DNA of 64,000 nt from Lama glama (Eukaryota), in NCBI GenBank assembly GCA_028534125.1, contig CM052848.1, positions 13,082,001 through 13,146,000 on the forward strand, in the 5' to 3' direction. The notes beneath the pieces are model-generated. The model was not told the origin of the DNA. It made no database searches and was given only the letters and a program-made list of their open reading frames with translations. The first letter of the stretch is position 1. Each line of letters begins with the position of its first letter. Shown here one piece after another: positions 51,921-61,456 of this stretch. Position numbers and translations under genes: made by a program.

Positions 51921-53198
51921 TGAGCAGGGAACAGGGCACGCGGTGGGCAGGCTGTCTGGGGGTCGCGCTGGGCGCTGCACGTGCAGGTGCACTGTCCATA
52001 CACACCCTGTTCTGGATAGGCTACTGGAGACGGCGCAGGAGGCTGTTAGACTCCGTCTGCAGACCCACACCCACAGGACTTAAATGACCCACATCAAACC
52101 ACCTGCCCCAGGGTTCGACGCCTGCAGGCAGTTCTGACGCCCTCACGTCTTCACACGGGTCAGATTTCTGTTGTTAATGAGACCTTAGCGAGGACCCTTC
52201 ACCTGGGGTGGGTCGGTAGGTGGTGAAGTTTGGTTCCGAGCGCGGCAGGGACCCCGGTGCCATGGAGGCGGCGGCAGGCAGAAGTGCGAGCCAGGCCGCA
52301 GGCCCTGGGAACCGATGGTGTCAGAGGAGTGGGGGTGGCTCCGAAGCAGAGGCAGCCATGCTTAAACCCCGCTTCCCCTGTCAGTGTGGGCTGAGGGTAG
52401 CCCCACCGCCTTCCAGCAGAATCCCAGGAACATCAGTGAGTCTCCTGCCGAGAGAGTGGAGCTGCTAACTTGAGAAGAGTGCCTTTGACAAAGTCGGGGA
52501 AAACTTAAAAAAAAACGGAAAAAAAGAAAAAGGTACATTTACTCTTTAATCCTTCTTAATCTTGGTGAAACACGAGACTCAGCCAAAGGCAGCTTCTACC
52601 CTCACAGTCACATCACACGACAGGACTTGGCGGTGTCCTCGCCCCCCTGCATGGGGACACACCGTGCACCTGTCTGCAGTAGCATGTTTCCATGACCTTC
52701 TTAGTGAGAGATGTTCTACTCCTCACAGCGCAGGGCCTGGTGCAGGACCTGGTGTATCATACATTCTTAGAGAAACAGGTGTCCAAATATGAGGCAGAAA
52801 AAAAACCCATCAGAACAAAAGAATGAAAGAAAAACCAGGACCTAAATGTAGCTTTTAATGAGAAAAAGGGAAGAAGGAACTTGAAATAGAACACCAACGG
52901 TAAACCTGAAATCCTGGAGCTTCCCAGTGGAGTGTGAGATAGTGACAGCTCCGCTGCAGATGAAGTTTATAAACTAGAAGACAGGCCGCATTCTGGTTAA
53001 ATACATGATTAACACATGCCTTTTCAGGTAATTCTAAACTTGAGAGTGTCCTCGTTAGAAGAAAAGCATGTGTGTAGCAACTTTCACAGCAATGTTACAG
53101 TAAGTGCTTTGGCTTGAAAACTGTCTATGATTAAAGAAATGGTAAATCACACCTGAGATCCCCCAAGTTAGTCAGAATGTTGGCTAAGCTGCTAATGA

Positions 53199-53748
53199 TG
53201 TTGCGGAAAAATGTGTTACAGCTCAGTTGTGACAGCAACCTGGATCCGGGCAGCAGTCAGACAGTTGAAGAACTCAGGTTTATTACACCAGTAGCCCCAG
53301 ATAGGTTAGCACTTCAAGCTCTGCACGCCGTCCGTAGGTTTACACAGGCCTTTTATAGGCTGCGAGTTTTACACTTTGCAACATCATATGCAAATAAAGT
53401 ATAACAGAAGTTGACCAACCAGGAACAAGCTTTGTACAAATAGACCAATCAGGAGTGAGCTCCATGCAAATGAAGTACTACAAATGGACCAATCAGAAGT
53501 TAGGGAAGTGGACCAATCAGAAGTGAGAGTAGTAACCAATCAGGAGTGAGAGTAATAACCAATCAGAAGTAAAGGAAATAACCAATCAGAAGTGAACTCA
53601 GGGAACCAATAGAATTCTAGGTGTAAGTTAGCTACTTCAGAGGCAAAAAGTGAGATAGAGGCTCTGGGGGGAACCGGATGGTGCTGGGAGGAGAGCAGCG
53701 GCCCTGCCTAGGGGTCCTGCCGGTCTTTTTATGGGGCTTCCCGCCTCA
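53199..53748 (-). mobile_element. Solo LTR, ERV1/gammaretrovirus-like (550 bp), antisense to SH3RF3
   Basis: TG...CA termini with imperfect inverted ends (tgttgcggaaa / ttcccgcctca) and a 4-bp TSD ATGA at 53195-53198 and 53749-53752. On the - strand the order is CCAAT array (U3), TATAAAA (53357-53351), AATAAA (53284-53279). Confidence 0.88.
53443..53612. promoter_or_regulatory. Array of seven CCAAT (NF-Y) boxes in the LTR U3, plus octamer motifs
   Basis: CCAAT starts at 53445, 53489, 53513, 53536, 53559, 53582 and 53606, six of them in RACCAATCAG context. ATGCAAAT occurs at 53388-53395 and 53464-53471. Confidence 0.8.
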
Positions 53749-56161
53749 ATGAGAAGATCCCAAAATGCAGCTGCTCCATCAGGATAAAATACTGCTTTTT
53801 CACAGGACATGCAGGCTCTTCTCCACAAGGTCATCTGAGGACCCAGGTCCTTCCCTCCTTTGCTCAGAGTGTAATCCTTGTGGAAAAATCTGCCCCTATC
53901 ATGCTGTTCAGGCCATGGGAGGGGAGTTACAAGAAATGGAATTTCCTTCTAAATGTCATTACAAAACACAGCCCAGAATTGTCACGAGGCCCTCTTGCTT
54001 GCCTGCGTTGACTGGGATTTTGACACATGGCCAAGGCCCTTGTGAGCAAGGCTGGGAGGTGAAGTTGTTAGCTGCTGAGCTTGGCCGCAGTTGAAACTTG
54101 GAAGCTTCTCCCCTGCAGGAGGAGCTGGTGGACTCCGGGGATGACGGGCTGTCTCTGCCGCCGTCTCAGCCCTTGCTTTGCTTGACTGCGCTGGGCGTTC
54201 CCCCAAGGGGCTGCTCACCATCTGGGGAACTCCCTGGGATGTTTCTCCCCCATGAGGCAGGCCCAATGTCTCCAGCTCCAAGCCTTCGCTCAGCCTGGCT
54301 CCTGTTTGAGCGATCACTGGGATTTCCAGCCCTCTGGGCCCAGTATACAATAGGATTTGGGGCTACATGGACCCTGGACCTCCCATCCTGGGAACAGTCC
54401 TTCCAGCACAAGGCCCTTGGCCAGGCCCTAAGCCAGCGATTGGCGTGGCGGCCCACACGGTCATCCATTCGGTAGGTGTTTCGAGCATGTGGTCTGCCCA
54501 GGCCAGGGTCGGAAACGCAACATCCAGCAAAAGCAGGCCAGTGTCGTGCGGGGGGCAGGGAGTCTACAGGGAGCTCCACAGGTAGCATGTGCTACCTGGG
54601 GAGCACCGAGTAAGGAGAACCAGTGAGTCCTCTGTCCATGCTCTTCAGCCCAGCCTTCTAGGGGTTGGGCAGTGAGGCCTGGTCCCAGGGAAAGCACCCG
54701 GGAGCCTGGTGGGCAGCCCAGTGCACGCAGTGCATTTGTGAAGCTGGCCTACACGTTGACTGGGAGGTGATGGAGATGGGGCTGAGGTGCTGGCAGGGGG
54801 TCCCAGCGCTCCACGAGTAGGAAGTTGCACTGGCAAGACTGTGCAACATCTAAGTCATGCGCCGTGAGGTTGACACTGTCTTAATTATTACTAGTGCCCT
54901 GCAGGGTCTTGTGTTAATTATCCCACAGCATCCCTTTGTGTTTCCGTTTTGTCTCCCTTTTACTTCTTTTTCTGAGCGTCGTGAGCCTGCAGAGTGGGGC
55001 TCAGCGCAACATTTGACTCAGCAGTCCCTGCAAGGGGCGCACGCACAGTGAGCGCTCAGAGGACGGGCAGGGCCCTGCAGGCCTCCTGGGCTGGGCTGGG
55101 GACTGGGGTCAGGGGTCCTCTGACTGCTGCTGTATCATCCCAGGGGGGTCTTTCCCCATAAGAGTGTTCGCCTGCCCTGGGCCCTCGTCATGGACTAGTT
55201 AGTTAATCTCATAAAGGGCTTGAAGATGAAAGGGTGGAGGTGCTGAGAGCCACTGGCTCTGGGCGTTTCCTGGCAGTGAGATCTGGGTTCTCATGGCAGC
55301 TGCCCTCTCGGTGTCGTCTTTGCCCCCAGAATTGCGTTTTGGGTCGTAGAGGTTACTGCCCTCTCGGTTTTGCTCTGTGAGCAGCTGATGGTGGGGGTCT
55401 GGGGAGGCATTCGTGATCTGGGTGTACCCCGCTCTCCCGGCCCTGCTCCCCTTTCCCTCCTCTCGTCTCCTCCTTGTCCACCGAAGGGAGCAGACAAGCG
55501 TGGCTGCCTCCCAGATGTGGCTGGAGCCAGTGAGGTTGGTTGCTTGCTCCCAGCCCTGCACTTGGACCTTGAGGTCGGGCTCTGACCTCGGGGTCGGGGC
55601 CTGGCCACCCACTCGGTCCACCCCTGCCTGTGCTCAGAAGGCGTCTGTCCCCTCTCCAGGCTGGAACTCGTGGGAACTAGGGATGGCCTTTTCCCGGACC
55701 TCTGGGGGTGGGTTTACAGCGGTTGCCACTTCCCCACTGCCGTGCCCCAGGCCCCGTCTCAGAAATAACCTGAGCACACGGAATTAATGGGCACATCTCA
55801 GGCCCCTGCCATGTCAAGGGGTGGTTGAACAAGCACCTAGCTCTCTCTCCTGGGACCTCGATGTAACAGTGGCCATGCGGTTGGGGGACTGATGGACCAG
55901 AGGGTCCTGGGAGATGGGAGAGCGTGGGCCGTGGGCTGTGGTGGGAGGGGTGAGGGCAGGCGGCAGGGGTGGAGGAAGCAAGCGTGTGGTCTAGGGGAGT
56001 TACCGTGGTGGGCCCCTCTGCAGTGCCCTCCTCCAGCAGGGCTGTGGCCCTGTGTTCCTGTGACGGGCCCCCTCCTGGGCTCTCAGACACGGGCCCGCGG
56101 TCCGGGCACCAGGCAGGCCAGGTGGGCAGCCGCTGAGTAACCAGTCGTGTTCTGCTTTCAG

Positions 56162-56416
56162 AGCCTTCCCCAGCCGCCCTCCAGCAAAGTCCCGCACAGT
56201 CACGAGGGGAAGGAGCCCGGGGACCTCAGGTTCAGCAAGGGGGACGTCATTGTCCTGCGGCACCGGGTGGATGAGCACTGGTACCATGGCTTCCTGCCCA
56301 CCAGCTACGTCCCAGGCCTGCGGCCCCTGCCCCAGGCCCCACCCCAGGGCAAAGCGCTCTATGATTTCGAGATGAAAGACAGAGACCAGGACAAGGACTG
56401 TCTGACCTTCAGCAAG
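56162..56416 (+). CDS. SH3RF3: SH3RF3 coding exon 2 (85 codons): degenerate SH3 domain 1 and N-terminal half of SH3 domain 2
   Basis: [85 protein letters not shown] contains the POSH-family motifs [21 protein letters not shown] and [20 protein letters not shown]. Acceptor tttcAG, donor AAG|GTAAGG at 56417; 255 nt, no stops. Confidence 0.93.
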
Positions 56417-59400
56417 GTAAGGTGGGCTCCAAAGCAGCCGCCCCCCCCCACCGCCCAGCCGGGAGCCTGGGCCTCGCCGTCCCGGCAGATGTGACTCCCA
56501 GCCCTCCCTGAGCCTCCTCAGGGGAGAGCAGTGGTTTCTTCTTCCTGAGGGTCGGCTGGGTGGAAGGAGGGGGCACACAGCCAGCCAGACGCCTGCTGGT
56601 AACAGGGACAGGGCCCTCATTACCTGAGTCACAGTGTGTCCAGGGCTCATGGGCCCTGGAAGGGGGCTCTCTGGGGAAACTGCAGCAGCGACCCCCGTCA
56701 GGTCCTGGGGTGGGAGCTGGGCCCGGAAGCCAGCCTGTCATGGTCCCTCCTGGAGAGCACAGGGGTGGACACTTGTACTTGGGTCATTCAAAGTGGCCAG
56801 TGAGGCCACGGGACCTGGTTAGTGAGAAACCAGTAGCATTTACTGCGTGCTTGTCCTGGGGGTGCGTCAGGTGGAGGGGCCTGGTTTCTGGCCTCCCGGC
56901 CTCAGAGGCGTGAAGTGCAGAGGGGACAGAGGTGAACGTCCCTCCTCCCTGGCTTCCCCACCTCCTCCTGCTCCGCAGGCTTCTGCCTGGCAGCAGCCGT
57001 GAAGTTACCTTCATTAATTAGTTAATTGCCTCTAGGACCACCAGGGTCCCCAGGGAGAGGTGGGAGCCTGTCTGCCCACGGTCAAAGCTCTAAGAGGCTG
57101 TGTTGCCACCTGGGGCTCGCTGGGCCCCGCCCTCCCCCACCTCCCAGTCCTGTCTCCTCCCGCCTCTCCCGGGCTCCCATCTCACTGCCTCTCAGGCGGG
57201 TGGGCGCGCGGGTGTAAACAGAGCTGGACTGCAGCTCCATCTCCGACTTCAGAGCCCACGGCAGCTCACCGTGCTTCTCCCGTCTGCTCGGCGCAGAACC
57301 TGGCTGTGAGTCCCCAGCGCTCCGCTTTGAGCAAAACTGGCTGGTTCTGTGCAGGCCTCACGCCGGCTGCCACTTGTGTCTTGTTCCCATTGTTCAGCCT
57401 GACGGTGAATGGTCTGCTTTCACTCAGGGATTCAGCTCTTTCCTCCTCCCTTCCATCAAGGTGTTCTGGTGATAATTCCCATTGTCATCTGGCCCTGCAG
57501 CTCCCTGGAGCAGCACCAGCCTCCCCCTCCCTCCCCCCCCACTCCCCCCCCAGGAGGCCCTCATGCTCACTTCTCCGCCCAGCCCCCCGAGAGACCCCTG
57601 GGCCCTGGCACTCTGCTATCACTTGGGACCAAGAGCAGAAACTCCCACTGCCCCTTGGGGTCTGGTCAGGCCCTTGTAAGGAGACAGACCTGTCATGGGT
57701 CCAGGCACAGACGCAGGGCGCTCCTCACAGCCTTCATGGCAGGAGACCTCACCAAGCAGGCAGCTGGCCACAGAGCTGGGGCCTCCAGTGTCTCCTGGCA
57801 AAGCCTCCCTCCCTTCACCTCCATCACCTGCTCCACGTACGAGCCTCTGCTTGGGACTCTCATCACTGGGGTGAAGAACAGAGCCCACTGGACGAGAGGA
57901 CAGAGGGGCATGTGTCCACTTGTCAACCAAACGTGCCGGCCTGACCCTGCCCTGGCGCCTGATGCCTGGCGGGAGAGATGGGGACACCAGTCCAGGGTCA
58001 TGTGTCTGGAGGACAGTTCCCGAGCATGAAGGGCTTGCGGGTCTCCCAGGGGGCAGACAGGGGTCTCGTAAGCACTGCACAGTCACATGGTGTTTAATGT
58101 CTGGTATTTCCAAAGAAGTCTTAAAGCCGCCTTCGTGGGAAAAGCGGGAACTCGTCCTGTGGTGGCGCCACTTGAGCTTTGCATCCCGCGGGGTCTGGGT
58201 CCTGGCGCCCGGCTGTGATGGGGGCGACCCCGTGGGCGGGGGTGTGGCCAGGAGGGGCAGACTTGGCGGCTCCTCCATGGGCACCCAGTGCGGGTGAGGG
58301 TGCGGGGCGGGGCGCGGACCTCAGGCCACTCTTCCAGGGCTTTCTTTCCTTCAATCCGTGTATGAACGTGGGAAGTTGGAGACCCCCGGGTGAGACTTCG
58401 GTGGGGACAGTGCTGGGACTCCCCCACGTGTTCCCTGCCGTGCTCACCCAAGCTTTATACCAGCACCCCGTGGGCCCCCTGCTCAGATGAGGGCACAGCT
58501 CCCGCACCCAGGCACCTGCTCTTTCTCATCTCTCACCCCCAGGTGCCTCCAGACAGCCTCCAAGGGGCATGAGCGAGGCCTCCTGGCTCTCCTGGCGGGT
58601 TTGCTGCCCGCGGGGCCGCTGAAGTTTCCCTCCGCTTGCTGGAACGCTGCTCTGACAGCCTGTCACCTGAAGTGGCCACGTGGTTCAGGCAGCTCGGTTT
58701 TGCTTCCAGGGAATGTTTTGTTGTTCGGATATGTCCATTCTGGCCTCAGCAAGGAAAGAGGGGGCGTCTCAAGTCCGTGGAGGATGCCTTTACCTTTAAG
58801 GAGCCTTGCTGTGATGGAATCGATTCGGTTTAAGACGGCACGAGGCATGAGCACCAAGGCAAGGCTCGCCCTTAGTGGCAGCTTCCGAACAGTCCTATTA
58901 AACTGCATTGATTGAAGCCACTCGAAAACCAGTCTTCGTTTCGTTTAGGAGGGGAAAGAATAGTTGCTTCTTGTAAAGCAGCTATAAAAAGCGAGTTTCA
59001 TAATTTCTTAGCAGCCTCACTTCAAAAAAGCTGAGCACGTGCGAACAAAAAGACAAAAGGAAGCAGCGCAGCGTCCCCTCTGTCAGCAGTTCTTTCGAGC
59101 TCTCCGTAGGCCTCTGGGGCACTGCCCTCCACGTGGCAGGGAGAGGCTCCGGCATCAGGGGCCCTGGGTGCAGGGCCTTCATGGTTAGGGGTCCCCGTGT
59201 GAGCTCAGCCCTGTGGCGTCAGGAGCCCATGTGTGACTCATCTCAGAGGTACCGGCACCCGAGCCGCAGTGGGACCCAGGCCCACCATCGCAGCCCCTGC
59301 TCATCCTCATCTCATGCCCCCCCTCCCCACTCAGCCCTGCAGGGCCCGAGGTGAGCTCCGAGTCAGCAGAGAGCACTGTTAAAACACCTCTGGTTGTCCT

Positions 59401-59559
59401 GACTTCAGCAGGCTCCCCTCCTGCTGGCCTCGCCACGAGACCCTGCCCTGTGGTGTCTTACGCGGCTGAATGTTTAATCATCCTTCCCAAATGTGGGATT
59501 CTTCTTTGTGAATTCACCCAGCGTTGATCCCAAACTGTGTTCTGATAGGGGGACAGATG

Positions 59560-59730
59560 TAGTGGAGACGGAGCACATGGATTCAGAGACTGGGCTCTAG
59601 GGTGAGATAAGGATTCCAATTGTGACACCTTTACTTTTGTACGGTGACTTTGGGACATGTATTTCACCTTTGAGTCCTTTTTTTTTTTTGACTGTAAAAT
59701 GGGGGTGACAGTAGGACTCAATGGGCAAAG
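59560..59730 (+). mobile_element. MIR SINE remnant
   Basis: ggtgactttgggacatgtatttcacctttgagtcc...tgactgtaaaatgggggtgacagtag matches the MIR core. Confidence 0.7.
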
Positions 59731-61456
59731 GCATTTAGGGAACCGACCTCAAAACAGGCACTCAGCCGGCTCTCGCTTCCGCCCTCGCTGGCTCCCTGTT
59801 CTGTCAGGTGCACCTCGCTTCTTGTGTTGGCCCAGGGTGCTCCCGGGAGGGTGGGCCTCCACAGACACTCGCTGCGTGGAGCCGAGACTGCGGGCGGTCC
59901 CCTGTCCCCAATCACCCTGGGCCACACCTCGGAGGGGCTGCCGGGGGGTGTGGAGCCTCCTCAGCTCCTACGTCAAGGCTGCTGTGCCCATCGCTGGGCA
60001 TCCAAGGCCCACCGTGTGCCCTCCGTCCTGAGGGGCAGTCAGGATGCTCTCAGGGTGGGAAGACTCAGATCTTGCACCAGGGACCAAACAGGTGAGCCTG
60101 GGGGAGTGGGCGGCTCCGACTCACCTCTCCTTCCCCAGTGCTGTGTTCTGCTCGGGCTTCGTGGCTCCCGGACTGCCTTACAGCTGGGCAGCAGCTGCAG
60201 GCTCCGAGGGCGCAGCTTCCCCGAGGGGACCAGCTTTCTGAAACACGGCAGCAAGTCAGAGGCCTGACGGGAATCCGGTGTTGCTTTCTTGGTTCTGGTC
60301 AGTGGCGGGAGAAGTCGTGACTGTTTCCAGGGCACGTGGGATCTTATGCCGTAGCTCTGAGGTGCCGCCTGGCACTCAGTGGTCCTCGCTGAGGTGGCAT
60401 CAGAGCAGTGGGGAAGGAGGGAGGTCAGTCACCTGCCTGTGTGCGGGGACTGGTGGCCCCCTGCACAGCCCAGCCTCCCCCACATCCTCCAGCCCCGGCC
60501 GTGGACCCAGAACTGCTTTGCTGATATCTGAGCCGGATCAGGCACCTGCCACCAGGTGCCCCCAAATGCAGCTGGGACAGCCTGGATTTTCAGGTGAGGG
60601 GCAGGCGGCCTGTGCAGGCCCCACCTGCTGATGTCCTGGCCTCGCAGCAGAACTTAAACACGACTGCCCCATGCTAGGCTGTGCCAGACTCATGGGGTTG
60701 GATGAGGCCCCTGTGTTGTGAGTGGGCACCGAGCTCTCCCTGGGGAGGGACGTTTGCCTCCTCTGCCGGCCCCTGGGGGGTGTCAAGGGGATGCCCCCGA
60801 ACTGGGTGAGGAGCAGGTTGGCTGCGTGTGGCCCTTGGGAGACCAGCTCCCCCGCTTAAGTGATGGGGCTCTTTAGGGGCAGCTCTCCCTTTTATGGAGC
60901 TGTGTCTGCTGCTCAAGACCTGGGGACCCAGAGTGGAGGACCCCAAACCTCCCTGCCTGCAGGTTCCACGCCCCACTTCTCCAGTTTTCTGTGCTCGATT
61001 TCAGACTCTTCACTTCATGTTGGCTTCCTCAGGATGTGATGTCCCTTTTAGAGGTGTGTCAGGACCACAGGCAGGACTCAGGGCGCGCCATGGCTTGTCC
61101 ACACTGGAAAGATTGTTACTTTTAAAAAGGAGCTTTTTATCTAAGTACAGCACAATATACCGACCAGTCCACTGGTCAGAATGATGCAGCTTGGTGGTTG
61201 GAAAGAAAATGTCCTCAAATCACTACCCAGCGGAGGAGTGGTGGGTGCTGGGACCCCCGGCCCTCCACCTTCCCTCTGGGTCTTCCGGCACCGTGGAGAG
61301 CGAGTCTGTTCTTGAACGTCAGGTGGACAGAATATGCAGGATGAGCTTCCATGTCCAGCTTTGTTTTCTCCGCACGTTGTGTGTGTGTGAGCTGCACCTA
61401 TGTTGTGTGAGTGCTGCGGTCTGTTCATGTCCATCGCTCTGTGGTACTTTCAGCCT

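Larger units (their letters stand above)
871..56161 (+). other. SH3RF3: SH3RF3 intron 1 (55,291 nt, GT-AG, phase 0)
   Basis: Donor GTGAGT at 871 and acceptor gtgttctgctttcAG ending at 56161. Joining gives an in-frame ...APLAK|SLPQPP... continuation into the SH3 exon. Confidence 0.9.

Noticed and set aside
53443-53612. Regularly spaced repeat resembling a CRISPR array
   Set aside because: The units are ~23-bp tandem copies without unique 30-40-nt spacers, there are no cas genes, and the array sits inside a TSD-flanked retroviral LTR in mammalian DNA.
871-56161. Intronic miRNAs (human SH3RF3 hosts MIR4265/MIR4266, as recalled)
   Set aside because: I could not identify supporting hairpins or sequence matches by eye.
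56147-56494. ORF 56147-56494 as a standalone gene or processed pseudogene
   Set aside because: SH3 homology is bounded exactly by splice signals at 56161 and 56417 and is in phase with exon 1, so it is exon 2.
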